The notes below the pieces were generated by a model. It ran no database searches. It was not told the DNA's origin and saw only the letters and a list, made by a program, of their open reading frames with translations. A stretch of 64,000 nt of DNA, taken from Nemertoderma westbladi. Taxonomy: Eukaryota; Animalia; Xenacoelomorpha. The DNA lies in NCBI GenBank assembly GCA_032718475.1, contig JAUCBJ010008125.1:1-64000 (forward strand), given 5' to 3'. Shown here one piece after another: positions 13,131 through 24,190 of the stretch; position 1 is the stretch's first letter, and every line of letters begins with the position of its first letter. A program made the position numbers and the translations under genes.

Positions 13131-15172
13131 CAGTCGGGGTCTCAAAGTGCATCTGTTCTTTGAGATTTTCTCAAAGAACTAAAAGTGTCTCAAATTTCTA
13201 AAAGTGGTCCAAGAAAATGACAAAGTGTCCTCAAAGATTTCAAAGTAGTACTGTCAGTCATTTCATACAGTCCTGCCTGAAGCTGGCTATGGTATGGGGT
13301 ATATTGACTTTGACTACTAAAGGGTAAAATATAAGAAATAAAAACCTCTATGAAACAATAAAGATGCCTCCAAAAAATACTGCAGTAATAAATATTTGTT
13401 ACTGAAAGTAAGAATTAAACTTACTGCAGTAATAAAAAATTGTCTTTTTCTGCAGTAACAAATAATTTGTTACTGCAGTATAAATTTTTATTCAATTATT
13501 TATTAATATTGATTACTGCAGTATTAATTTTTATTCAATTATTTATTAATTTATTAATATTGATTATTGCAGTAATAAATATTTGTTACTGCAGTAATAA
13601 ATATTTGTTACTGCAGTAATAAATATTTATTACTGCAGTAATAAATATTTATTACTGCAGTAATAAATATTTGTTACTGCAGTAATTGTTATATGTTACT
13701 GCAGCAACTAATATTTAATACAGCAGTATTTTTTGTAGGAATTTTTATTGTTTCATAGAGGATTTTATTAATTTATATTTGGGCTCTTTAGAGACGCCGT
13801 AATTGCGGGCTATCGGAATGTGTTGGTATTTGTGTCATAGACAGTTTGTCTGTTGCCCTATCTATATTAATGTATAGTGCTAAAACTGTACTGTTTAAAT
13901 TTGTTTAGCCCACGTGAACGCCGAATACCTTTACCAATGCATTTCAATGGTCAACCACCATAGCCATACTTTGCCGCACTGTAAATTGTGTTATCGATAG
14001 AGGCAGGAATAAAGATAAATGATTCAAGCGCACTAATTGGCTGTTCCCATAGATGTTTTAGGCATTGTTGGTGCGCAATGCATATGGTCAGAGCGACCGC
14101 CCAGTCTGCCAAAATCTATTATGTAATCAAATGGTACCACAAGCCAAGCAAAGCATGTGACAGTTCTTTCCGACTCTGCACCTGTTTGTTTGAAGGTCGC
14201 CGACCGTGGGTCGCTACTCACTAGCTGTGATTGATAGTTTAAACTGGGTGCCGCTTTGCTAGAAGGCGGTACACATCAATTGAATATGAGGCAAACATTT
14301 AAAATATGCTCAAATATAAACGCCAGCGGCAGGGGATATTTTAATATCTCTATTAAGCTAAAACAACACAAGAGTGTAGCCGTTCTATTCTACTTGAAAG
14401 TCGAAAGCCTTTTTTAGTTTTTAAGAAGGAATTCTCGCGCTCTCGTTAACATAGTTATCATATTAATTAAACAGTAAAGGTAGTACGGTTTGACCTGAGG
14501 TGAGTAATGAAATGAATAACAAATGTTATTACAAGCTTTCTCCCAACAGGGCTTCTTTAGGTCATTATAATGAAACTGCGTATACACAGAGAAACTACAG
14601 AGAAGTTTCTCTTATATTAATTGTTAATCTGATATTGTATTATGTTATTAAAATAATCAATCTTGTCAAGCATTAATCTTGTTTCACAAATTATGTTTTA
14701 TGTATTATTTGAATGAATATTTTTTAGAAAGACTTTAGGGTGCCGTAAATTCAATTTGTACTTGCGACCGAAAACCCATCCTGTAATGACCTCAGGAACC
14801 TCAATTTGATAAATTAATGGGAATATAGCTTCTATGCAACAACTGGCCAACACACAAGTATCACTTTGTTGCCCGCATAATATTGTTCCCCGAAAATGCC
14901 TCAGCCTCTCAGTTAACTTACCACGAGCTGTCAATCAGGAATACCTCGGAGTTTATTTTCTCAAAGAATTAAAAGTGCCGCAAACTACCTCAAAGTGACA
15001 TTTCTCAAAGAATTCAAAGTGCCTAAAAGCAGGAAATCACTTTGAGATTCCCAACTAAAAGTGTCTACAAGAATTCAAAGCGGCCGTTGGGAGTAATGTA
15101 ATGACTTTTAGACACTTTTAGAAAAACTTTGAGAAAATCTCAAAGAACAGATGCACTTTGAGACCCCGACTG
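13131..15172. mobile_element. Non-autonomous Tc1/mariner-type DNA transposon
   Basis: Perfect 46-bp TIRs (CAGTCGGGGTCTCAAAGTGCATCTGTTCTTTGAGATTTTCTCAAAG at 13131-13176 and its complement at 15127-15172), flanked by TA on both sides. No transposase ORF. Confidence 0.9.
13317..13791. mobile_element. Nested foldback MITE with internal ~22-bp repeats
   Basis: Inverted arms CTCTATGAAACAATAAA / TTTATTGTTTCATAGAG; core of GCAGTAATAAATATTTGTTACT units. Confidence 0.75.
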
Positions 15173-15397
15173 TATGTCCCCCCGGAGAATGTGCCCCCGG
15201 GCATTTCTTCCTAGGAAAAAATGCCCCCCTTAGAAAATTATGCCCACCCCCCTGATTACACTATTTTATTGAAGACTGTCTGACTCTGAGATTGTATGCA
15301 CAACTGATCTCAGCCTATAAAGAGACCCCATACTAACACCAACCATTACTTTGGGGACCGTTCTATAAACACTTTTATATATACCGCTTATTATATG

Positions 15398-15718
15398 AGT
15401 AGTATACAATACATGGTTCCTCGCACAAGGTCACCCGTAGTCCATCATTACCATCCATTTCTGGTACTGCAGCCAATCAGAAGCCACCATTTCAACCTTT
15501 TGCAGTGGTCGTTATTATTTCAACCAATCAGATGTCAGCATTTCATCCGTAACCATGGTAACTTCTCATGTTCCCGCTTATTCCGCTAGAGGCGTTATTA
15601 GTCACCCAACGCTAGTACTGCATCCAATCACCAACCTTTATTTTACAGGTGTTCGGGTGTCTACACTTAGCATCAGGTAACTTCTATTATTTTTCAAATC
15701 GCAATTTTTCAGCAACCA
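15398..15718 (+). repeat. Polinton left terminal inverted repeat
   Basis: Reverse complement of ~33326-33646, with only about 4 mismatches seen by eye. Confidence 0.95.
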
Positions 15719-16638
15719 GTATTTTCATATTCACCAACCTTTATTTTACAGACGCTAGGGGTGTCTACAGGTAACTTCTACTAATTTTCATCAGTAACTA
15801 AATTTAATTTTGCAATTTTTCAGATAACAAAATATTCAACCGGGTTCGAACTCGGGACTGCTATAACTCCTCACAACTCACTACTCACTCTTCCATCCAA
15901 CCTCGAGAGAAAAAGGCGATAATTATCCGTGTTATAACAAAATATTCATTCGATGATATGATATGATATTGCACTGTACAGCACGTAGCCTAACCTAACC
16001 ATCTATTCGTATACCTACCATAGCTATGATGGTTACTCTTCCTTTCACTTTTTTCTCTCCCTCTCTCTCTCTTTAGTGTTGTTTGTTATTGATTGATTGT
16101 TGTCAACTCAATGATTTCCTATCCACCCACCCGCTACTTGGCCACGTTGCTGTATCCTTGTGTTTTACTGCAATTCTCCACTCACTCTTCCATCCAACCT
16201 CGAGAGAAAAAGGCGATAAATATCTGAGTTATACCATAGTCATTGAATTCTTCATCTTCATCACTGGTAGCAGATGTTTATAAATAGCTTCTAGTTCCTT
16301 AACATAATTACTATAGCGTAGAATACATTAATTCGACTATTAATAATAATCGATTTCTTTTATCGATGTAACTGGTCGATCAACTAAGTTGAATATAAGT
16401 TAGAATGACAGGGCTAGCATTGATCACGTTGCATCTGTTACACGTTACTGCTATTTCACTCTCTAACTCACGCTAATGTAATAAATTTAGCTGTACACGT
16501 TGCATCTGTTACACGAAGCAACTATATTCCTCACTGTAAGTCACTCTGTTTTATTAAAGCAAGCATATAAACCGAAGTTTTACATTCTAATAATCATTTA
16601 TTTAGTTTTTATTTTTCAAAATAGTTTTCATTCTAATT

Positions 16639-17683
16639 ATGGATTTATTTAAAAAAACTTCAAACAATACTTGGAAATTTACATTTAATAAATATACCTG
16701 TAGTATTGTTTATGGCAAGTACTTTATATTACTCTCAAGCGATAGCAATGTATCAACATGCTTCTCTTACCAGGATACACTCTACCTTCTAGACGTCTTA
16801 GAAATATTAATCAACCGACAAAAGGAATCACCAGTTTCAAGAGGTAATATTTATCCTAATATAGAATTTACAAGAGGAAAGTTAAATATTTCCACCTGTG
16901 TTATTACTGAAAACGTATATATTCAGAAGCAAGGCAAATGTCAAAATTCTAAACAAATCACTCATTAATTTATTGCTTCAGAGTAAGACAGAAATATTAG
17001 AATTGTTATCACCACCACTCGAAATAATAAATCAGTGTTCTGTTGTTAATTTAACCAACCCATCTTTTGTTGGTTTTGTAAGCAAATATAAAGGAGCAAC
17101 TTATATGGGACTATGGGAGATTTCAGCTAGATATTCTGATGCTATTGGTCTTAGGTATTATAATGGGTTTAACTTAACAGCATCGGAAGTAAATTCATTG
17201 TGGTATGAATGGAATTATGAAATTAGTAACGAAGGTGTCTTTTCAGAGCTAGATACGGACGATAAAGCTTTATCTGACCGACTTAAAGTAAAAATAAATG
17301 TACAAGAAAAAAAAGTAATTATTACAGACAAGGAAAGCAAATATTTACAGTTACATTACGATAAAGACATACCATATATAGAGTTTCTCTACGATATGAT
17401 GTTAAATGTTTCATCAACTGATATAGCAGACGGTTTCGCGATTCTATATCCACCAACTTGGAAGTTTAAGGTTAATAAGTCATTTCCAGAAGTAGTTTCA
17501 TCCACATTTAATCCAAAGACATATATCGAAGAGACCTCGAGTGATAGAAAGCGCAGATCTACATCTCAAACATCTTCCATTCCCGACAATGATTCTATAC
17601 CTACAAAGAAAATAAAAGCTACAAAAGCAAGTGAAGAGGTAGCAGATTACAATAAGGAACATATAAAAACAGTATCAGATTGA
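16639..17683 (+). CDS. Polinton protein with a PC4/Sub1-like domain, probably one gene frameshifted near 16915
   Basis: ORFs 16639-16968 and 16898-17683 overlap at a TATATA run. FVSKYKGATYMGLWE...GFNLTASEVNSL resembles the PC4 core VSVRDFKGKVLIDIRE...GISLNPEQWSQL. Confidence 0.6.
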
Positions 17684-18239
17684 TTTATTATTAACTAGAG
17701 ACTTTTCTTTTTCAGTTTCACACTGACTTGTAAAGGTAACTTTTTATCACAAAGCGTGATTATTATAAAGTATTTGCATGTAAAGGTGACTTTATTGAGT
17801 AAATATTGGTGATAGTTTATATTTAATGTGAGCACGGGATTAGGAATAAAACATTCGCATGTAAATGCATGAGTTTACACCACCATAATAAAACATTTGC
17901 ATGTAAAACCTACTTTATCAATGAAAATTAAAAACGTATTATACACATCTTGGTTTAGACTTGATTTTATTATAAAGAATTCAGTTGTAAAAGCAACTTT
18001 ATTTATGATATTAGTTTCCAATGTAACTGTTATTTATGATTGGTTGGTATAAGTAGAAACTTGAAATATATATATATATAAAGAGCTCAACTGATTCATT
18101 CGAGCTCATTCTGAAAATATTAAATTAATTAAAGTTTAGATATTATATTTTATTTGTGTTGAGTAGCTTATGAATTTTTTTGATTATATATATAACAATA
18201 TTCATATTAATTTTAAATTGTTTTTAGGATAATAAAGAG

Positions 18240-19067
18240 ATGGATAAACAATTGAAATGTCCATTTTGTCCTCTTCAAATTTCTAAACGAAATTATTTAA
18301 CACATGTGAAATCTCATTTTGAAGAATACAATTGTTTTAATTGTCGAGTGAAATGTTCACGTGAAGAAATATGTAAACGACATGAAACGACTACAGGATG
18401 TAAAGAAATGAAGTTTTGCGTGTATGAAAAAACTTGCCCTACTTGTAATAAAGAGTATTTATATGAGAATTACTTACGTCACGACTGTCACCAACGTTAT
18501 TATCATGTTAGACCACCACCACAACGGAACCAAAACAATACTATCGTATCTAGAAAAAGACTGAAATCTGGTCAAGGTTCATCAATTTTTAACATTGAAC
18601 GAGCCGCACACGATAACCGTTTAGAAATCTATGTTTACAATCTTCCAAATGATGAAGATTTTCCTGATATTCATTCATCATTAATTAAAATTCTACCTCA
18701 CATCCAAACTTTATTATTAGGAAAACTTAGCGAAATGAATGTACTTAGACCCTGGCTAGGTGTGAATATACTCATGTATCGATCACATTTTTCAGAGGGT
18801 GATCAAGAAGAAGCTTTCTATTTTAGTTCTCCAGGTGGTTCAGTTAATACCGTAGATTCACATGAAAGTTTTGACACATGGTTTGAGTATGTATTAGAAA
18901 AATTAATGCAAAAAATAGCCATGTTTAACACTCGTGGCTCAGGGTGGCGTGTTAAATCTTTATTAAGGGTTGAAATTAAAGTAGCTGAATCCAAGTGTAG
19001 GTCGTTACTATATAAGGGACACGGTTATATGGAGTTACCTAAGGCTCTATCAGTTAAAAACGGCTGA
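18240..19067 (+). CDS. pPolB N-terminal region (zinc fingers plus terminal-protein region), cut off by a frameshift
   Basis: CPFC..H...H and two further CxxC units; KIAMFNTRGSGW and YMELPKAL motifs typical of Polinton pPolB N-termini. Confidence 0.85.
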   Translation: MDKQLKCPFCPLQISKRNYLTHVKSHFEEYNCFNCRVKCSREEICKRHETTTGCKEMKFCVYEKTCPTCNKEYLYENYLRHDCHQRYYHVRPPPQRNQNNTIVSRKRLKSGQGSSIFNIERAAHDNRLEIYVYNLPNDEDFPDIHSSLIKILPHIQTLLLGKLSEMNVLRPWLGVNILMYRSHFSEGDQEEAFYFSSPGGSVNTVDSHESFDTWFEYVLEKLMQKIAMFNTRGSGWRVKSLLRVEIKVAESKCRSLLYKGHGYMELPKALSVKNG

Positions 19068-22000
19068 TAATGATTGTTTTAAATGGGCAATTATAGCTAC
19101 AACATTTAGTAGCAAAGTGAAGAACAACAAATATCGTACTTCGCAGTACAAAAATTATATGGGTCATTTTATTTTTGACAACGGGAACAAAGATTATCCA
19201 ACAGAATGGCAGCTTGCAATTAAACTTTTTGAAAAACAGAATTCAGCATATATAATTAATTTATTACTCTACAACAACAATCGAGTATCTATATTAAGAC
19301 AGGCACCATTTAGTAAAATCACTCCAGATAAAGAGTTATTGAATATATTACTTGTAAAAAATAAGAATACAAGTAAACAATCATATTATGTTTGCATAAC
19401 TAACTTGAATCGTTTGATGAATACGAGAGCTCTTCATACTAATGGTAGGAAATATTGTGAACGGTGTTTGGCGCCTTTCTACACCAATGATGTTCTAGAA
19501 CGTCACCGTCTTGTTTGTTATCGAGGAAAAAGTCAAGTTGAGAAGCTACCATCTGAAAAAAGAACTCACATTAGCTTTAGAAATTTAGACAGAACATTAC
19601 CAGCATTGTTTGTAATATATTTTGACATAGAATCTATTTTGGAGCCAGCCACCAACAGTAAATTTATTCAGAATCATATTCCATGCGCTGTAAGTTATTT
19701 AATTGTTCCTAGTGTCGAATTAATCAATCCACCAAAATTTTATTTGAAGACCTTTACAAAAACAATCGACAACAACTGTATTCAAGACTTTTTAGACTCT
19801 GTATATAATGACATCACCCAATTATATAAGTGGTCGGAAGACCACACAAGAGAGAGAATGATACTTAATGATGCAGATAAGTTAAGTTTTTGGAAAGCTA
19901 AAACTTGCTTTTATTGCAATGTTTTATTTAAGGATAAGTCTGAGAAAAACAAACATCACTCACATATTACTGGTAACTATATAGCGGCCGCTTGTAACGC
20001 ATGTAACCGCTCTTTATCGTTGAAACGACACATGTATATACTCGCTGCACACAACTGCAATCTCTACGATTTGCATTTTCTTTTGCAAGTTGGTTTTAGC
20101 AATAATAAATATTCCGATTGGGATATAAAGGTGATCCCTAAAAATTCTGAAAGGTATATTTCACTAAGCATGCATATACCGGTGAAAAACTCAAAAACAA
20201 AGATTGAGCTACGTGTCTTAGACACATATCAATTTTTATCCTTTTCCCTAAGTACTTTAGTTGATTGTTCAACAAAGGATATAGACAGCGAGGATATAAC
20301 ATCAGTTCTACCAATTACTGAACAGCAAATGAAATATTTTTATCCAAATTTAAATAATGCAACAATTAAACGAAAAGGTATATTTCCCTACGAGTATCTG
20401 ACAGATTTAAATAAATTCAATGATTCGAAATTACCATCAATAGACAAATTTTATAGTAAATTAACACAAAATACCTGTACACCCGAGGAATATAGTTTTG
20501 CCAATGCATCATGGAGTCAGTTTGACTGTGTGAATCTCAAGGATTATCTTTTAGCATACTTAAAACTCGATGTTTGTCTCCTCGCTGATATATTTGAGAA
20601 CTTTAGGAGAGTGTGTAGACAAAACTACGAATTAGAAGTAGTTTATTATTGCAGTATCGCGGCTTTCACTTATGATTGCGCTCTGAAATACAATAAATGT
20701 AAGTTAGCATTAATAAAAGATTACCAAACATATAGAGATTTTGAAGCATCTATTAGAGGAGGGGTTTCATTCTGTCGAAAGCATTATATAGAATCAAATA
20801 TACCAGATACTGATAATTATGATCCAAGCAAGGAAGAGTGTCATATTTTCAATATAGATTTTAATTCCTTGTATTCTGGTAATTTAAGTAAAAAGCTACC
20901 TGTTTCAGGTTTTGAACAAGTCAACGTTACATATTTAGAGAATGCTGCTCCAGAAGAACTGATAAAATATTTATCAAATCTTGATACTGAAGGTGATATT
21001 GGGTTTTTCTTAATTTGCGATTTGAAATATCCCAAAGATATTCACGATCGTACATTAGAACTACCCTTAGCTCCAGAACATTTAAGTATAAATGAGACAA
21101 TGCTTTCACCATATATGAGGGAACAATATAATCATGTTTGTAAACAAAGAGGCACTAATAGCAAGTATAAGATGTGTGCACCAAAACTTATGTTGACACA
21201 ATTCGATAAAGAATTCTATCATGTAAATTTAAAACTGTTAAAATTTTATATAAAACAAGGTTTAATTGTTACTAAGCTCCATAAATTATATTCTTTCCAT
21301 CAAGACTTTGTATTTAAACCCTATATAGATTTTAATATTAATCAAAGGCGGTTAGCAAAAAGTTACATTGAAACTGCTGTCGCGAAATTGCTCAATAATT
21401 CTCTGTTTGGTAAAACAATAGAAAAGATAAGAGATCGATGTAACTTTCGTATCGCTAATAGTAAAGAAAAATGTGACCAATTAGTCAAACGAATAAATCA
21501 TGAAAATTTCATGATTTATAACGATTCCTTATCGGGACATTTATTAGTAAAAGACTCTGTAACTCTCGATAAGCCGGTCTATATAGGTAGTACTGTCTTG
21601 GACTTGGCTAAATTGGATATGTATCAGCTGTATTACGATAAATTGCTACCTATTGAGAAAGAATTAAACTGCCGAATTGAAATTGTAGCATCAGACACGG
21701 ACTCTTTAATAGGTTGTTACTATAATACATCGCAGAATAATTTTTTAAAAGCCTTAATTAAAAATAATATTCTAGATACATCCAATTACCCCAAGGATCA
21801 CCCTCTCTACAGCGATAAAAATAAATCCAGGCTCTATTACTGTAAAGACGAACTAGCCTCACGAGAGATTAAACAAGCGGTATTTTTAAGACCAAAATTA
21901 TATTCAATTTTGGAATTCAATGAATCCAACATACGACGTGCGAAAGGAATAACAAGAGCTGTCGTGGATAAAAATATTTGTCACGAAGATTATTTGAGGG

Positions 22001-22242
22001 CATATTACGATAACGAAGAAATTTCCAAGGAAACACATCAATTTCAGAGTAAATTTCACAAAGTGTATACTATAGCACGAGACAAGTTTGCTCTCAGCGC
22101 ATTTGATGATAAACTTTATTGGGTTAATAAAAATCATTCGCTTCCCTGGGGTCACTATCAAACAAAGGTTGAAAAACCTATGAAAAAAAACAATATACCA
22201 ATTTATCGGGAACCAAACAATGAACTATCAGATAGTCAATAA
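19063..22242 (+). CDS. Protein-primed family B DNA polymerase (pPolB)
   Basis: DNDCFKWAI, ExoI YFDIES, ExoII HNCNLYD, KGIFPYEY, ExoIII YLKLDV, IRGG, motif A DFNSLY, motif B KLLNNSLFGK, motif C SDTDS, RPKLYS, KGI. Confidence 0.97.
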   Translation, partial: ADNDCFKWAIIATTFSSKVKNNKYRTSQYKNYMGHFIFDNGNKDYPTEWQLAIKLFEKQNSAYIINLLLYNNNRVSILRQAPFSKITPDKELLNILLVKNKNTSKQSYYVCITNLNRLMNTRALHTNGRKYCERCLAPFYTNDVLERHRLVCYRGKSQVEKLPSEKRTHISFRNLDRTLPALFVIYFDIESILEPATNSKFIQNHIPCAVSYLIVPSVELINPPKFYLKTFTKTIDNNCIQDFLDSVYNDITQLYKWSEDHTRERMILNDADKLSFWKAKTCFYCNVLFKDKSEKNKHHSHITGNYIAAACNACNRSLSLKRHMYILAAHNCNLYDLHFLLQVGFSNNKYSDWDIKVIPKNSERYISLSMHIPVKNSKTKIELRVLDTYQFLSFSLSTLVDCSTKDIDSEDITSVLPITEQQMKYFYPNLNNATIKRKGIFPYEYLTDLNKFNDSKLPSIDKFYSKLTQNTCTPEEYSFANASWSQFDCVNLKDYLLAYLKLDVCLLADIFENFRRVCRQNYELEVVYYCSIAAFTYDCALKYNKCKLALIKDYQTYRDFEASIRGGVSFCRKHYIESNIPDTDNYDPSKEECHIFNIDFNSLYSGNLSKKLPVSGFEQVNVTYLENAAPEELIKYLSNLDTEGDIGFFLICDLKYPKDIHDRTLELPLAPEHLSINETMLSPYMREQYNHVCKQRGTNSKYKMCAPKLMLTQFDKEFYHVNLKLLKFYIKQGLIVTKLHKLYSFHQDFVFKPYIDFNINQRRLAKSYIETAVAKLLNNSLFGKTIEKIRDRCNFRIANSKEKCDQLVKRINHENFMIYNDSLSGHLLVKDSVTLDKPVYIGSTVLDLAKLDMYQLYYDKLLPIEKELNCRIEIVASDTDSLIGCYYNTSQNNFLKALIKNNILDTSNYPKDHPLYSDKNKSRLYYCKDELASREIKQAVFLRPKLYSILEFNESNIRRAKGITRAVVDKNICHEDYLRAYYDNEEISKETHQFQSKFHKVYTIARDKFALSAFDDKLYWVNKNHSLPWGHYQTKVEKPMKKNNIPIYREPNNELSDSQ

Positions 22243-22765
22243 GAATGTAAGGTGCCAGCAAGTGTCAGCGATTAATTTGAAAGAATTAAAAAATCAATTA
22301 TCTGGTAAACACATACTCAAACCAAATCAGTTTATATATAAGATATTTGGTGCCACATTATTAATATTTAAAAATGGTCGTATTACATTATTAGGCAGTA
22401 AGTATAATTTCCAAAAAGTAAAAAAACATATATTTGATAAAACTAGTATTAATTTGATTTTAAAATCTGTTAATTTATGTACTTATATTTTTAGTATTAA
22501 GTCTGTAGTCTATAGGTTATTGATAAACAATACAGGGTTTTATGTTGTCTTTGATAATGTGCAACTTCAAGTTATATATGAACCTGAAATTTTTAATAAT
22601 TGCAAAATAAGAATAAATAATACCGTAGTCATTTGCTGCTTTCATACCGGTAAATGTACTTTAATGTGTTCACCTAGCAAATTTCACATTTATTACCCTA
22701 TATTTAGTAAACTTGTTAATTATTTATTAATGTTTGGTGTTGTGACTTTAGGTGTTGGTGATTAG
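22220..22765 (+). CDS. TATA-binding-protein (TBP)-like protein, 181 aa
   Basis: Two TBP-type repeats: QIVN...INLKEL...ATLLIFKNGRITLLGSK and SVN...YEPEIF...VICCFHTGKCTL...YPIF. Length equals a bare TBP core. Confidence 0.85.
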   Translation: MNYQIVNKNVRCQQVSAINLKELKNQLSGKHILKPNQFIYKIFGATLLIFKNGRITLLGSKYNFQKVKKHIFDKTSINLILKSVNLCTYIFSIKSVVYRLLINNTGFYVVFDNVQLQVIYEPEIFNNCKIRINNTVVICCFHTGKCTLMCSPSKFHIYYPIFSKLVNYLLMFGVVTLGVGD

Positions 22766-22849
22766 AAGGTGAAAATTAAACATTATTATTTTTCAATCAA
22801 TCAATCAATCGATAGTTAGGGAAAACTAACCTCGTTTGAATAAGCATGA

Positions 22850-23820
22850 CTCTCACGGGTTGACTGCGTGCCTAGCTGCGTGGCTGGCTGCGTGCCGCGA
22901 GGCTGACTACATGACCGACCGCGAGGCTGACTGCGTGCCGCAAGGCTGACTGCATGCCGCGAGGCTGACTGCGAGGCTGACTGCGTGCCGCGAGGCTGAC
23001 TGTGAGGGTGGCTAGATGGCTGCAAGGTGGACCGTTTCCCAGCAGTGTGGCTGACTGCGCGCACATCCGATTGTAACTGGCTCACGATAAAGTATACATT
23101 GACTCAGTTTGTTACTGCGGGTACTGTTACATTAATACTGTGGTACCGGTACCGTACTGCAGTACAATGCTAATTAAAGGAAATCAGCATGCTCTATCTG
23201 ACTATACTGTTACATCAAGAACAGCGACAGTACTGCAGTACTGTATTGTTTGGGTAGGTGATCTAATCCCTATATGTGAGAGCTACGCGTCCCTTCTAGG
23301 TTATGACAGCAGTATGCTAATCAAGGTTCGGGTAGACAGCAGTATCCTTATAGTTGAAAAAAAACAAATGTTATTACATCAGATTACCGCTGTACTGATA
23401 AAATGGATGACAGTTGTGGATAGGAGTTGCGAGGTTGACCACATCCCTCGCAGTGTGGCTGACTGCGTACAAATCTGATTGTAACTGACTCACGATATTG
23501 TATACATTAGCCTAGTTTGTTACTGAGGGTACTGTTACATTAATACTGTAGTACTGGTACCGTACTGCGGTACAATGCTAATCAAAGGAAATCAGTATGC
23601 TCTATCTGATTATGCTGTTACATCAACAACAACAGTACTGCAGTACTGTATTGTTTGGATAGGCGATCTAATCCCTATATGAGAGACTCCTGCGTGTAAT
23701 CCAGATCATGACAGCAGTATGCTATTGCTTCAGATTACTGCTGTACTGATACCAGTAGACTGTGACTACAGTGTTGGAAGAGTAAAACACTACCGGTACT
23801 GATAAAGCGGATGACAGTTG
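22850..23820. repeat. Polinton internal non-coding repeat region
   Basis: GC-rich GGCTGACTGCGTGCCGCGA units at 22860-23060, then a ~407-bp-period direct duplication (CAGTGTGGCTGACTGCG at ~23043 and ~23450). Confidence 0.85.
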
Positions 23821-24190
23821 TGGTTAGGCTTATAATAAATTATTGAATTTATCAGTACCGGTACCAACAGGTTAACACTACATCCTATACAGTTTATGTT
23901 GCATTTCTGACTAATATTACTAGTCAACTACTGTATGTGTTATTAGTTTGCGATGTATAGGATGTTTCGCAATACCAGTATATCTATATTAGAACGATAT
24001 CGAGAATACTTACTGTACATGTTACGTCTACGTCATATTGTTAAATGTGCATGGTTAACCTACCGCGATTGACTCTTTTAGAGAACTTGTTGTAAAAAAA
24101 ATTATATTTTATTATATTTTTATATTAACATCAAGATCATCACCAAAATAAAATTATATTATCCCATCACATTACATGCTTAGAGTAAAC

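Noticed and set aside
15395-15589. ORFs MSSIQYMVPR... here and at 33455-33658
   Set aside because: They are mirror translations of the TIRs that start outside the element boundary.
22220-22765. Host TBP gene or retrocopy unrelated to the element
   Set aside because: It lies inside the TIRs, overlaps pPolB, matches the element's AT content, and is far more divergent than cellular TBP.
22816-23478. Short ORFs in the Polinton spacer
   Set aside because: Derived from tandem repeats, with non-ATG starts and no recognisable motifs.
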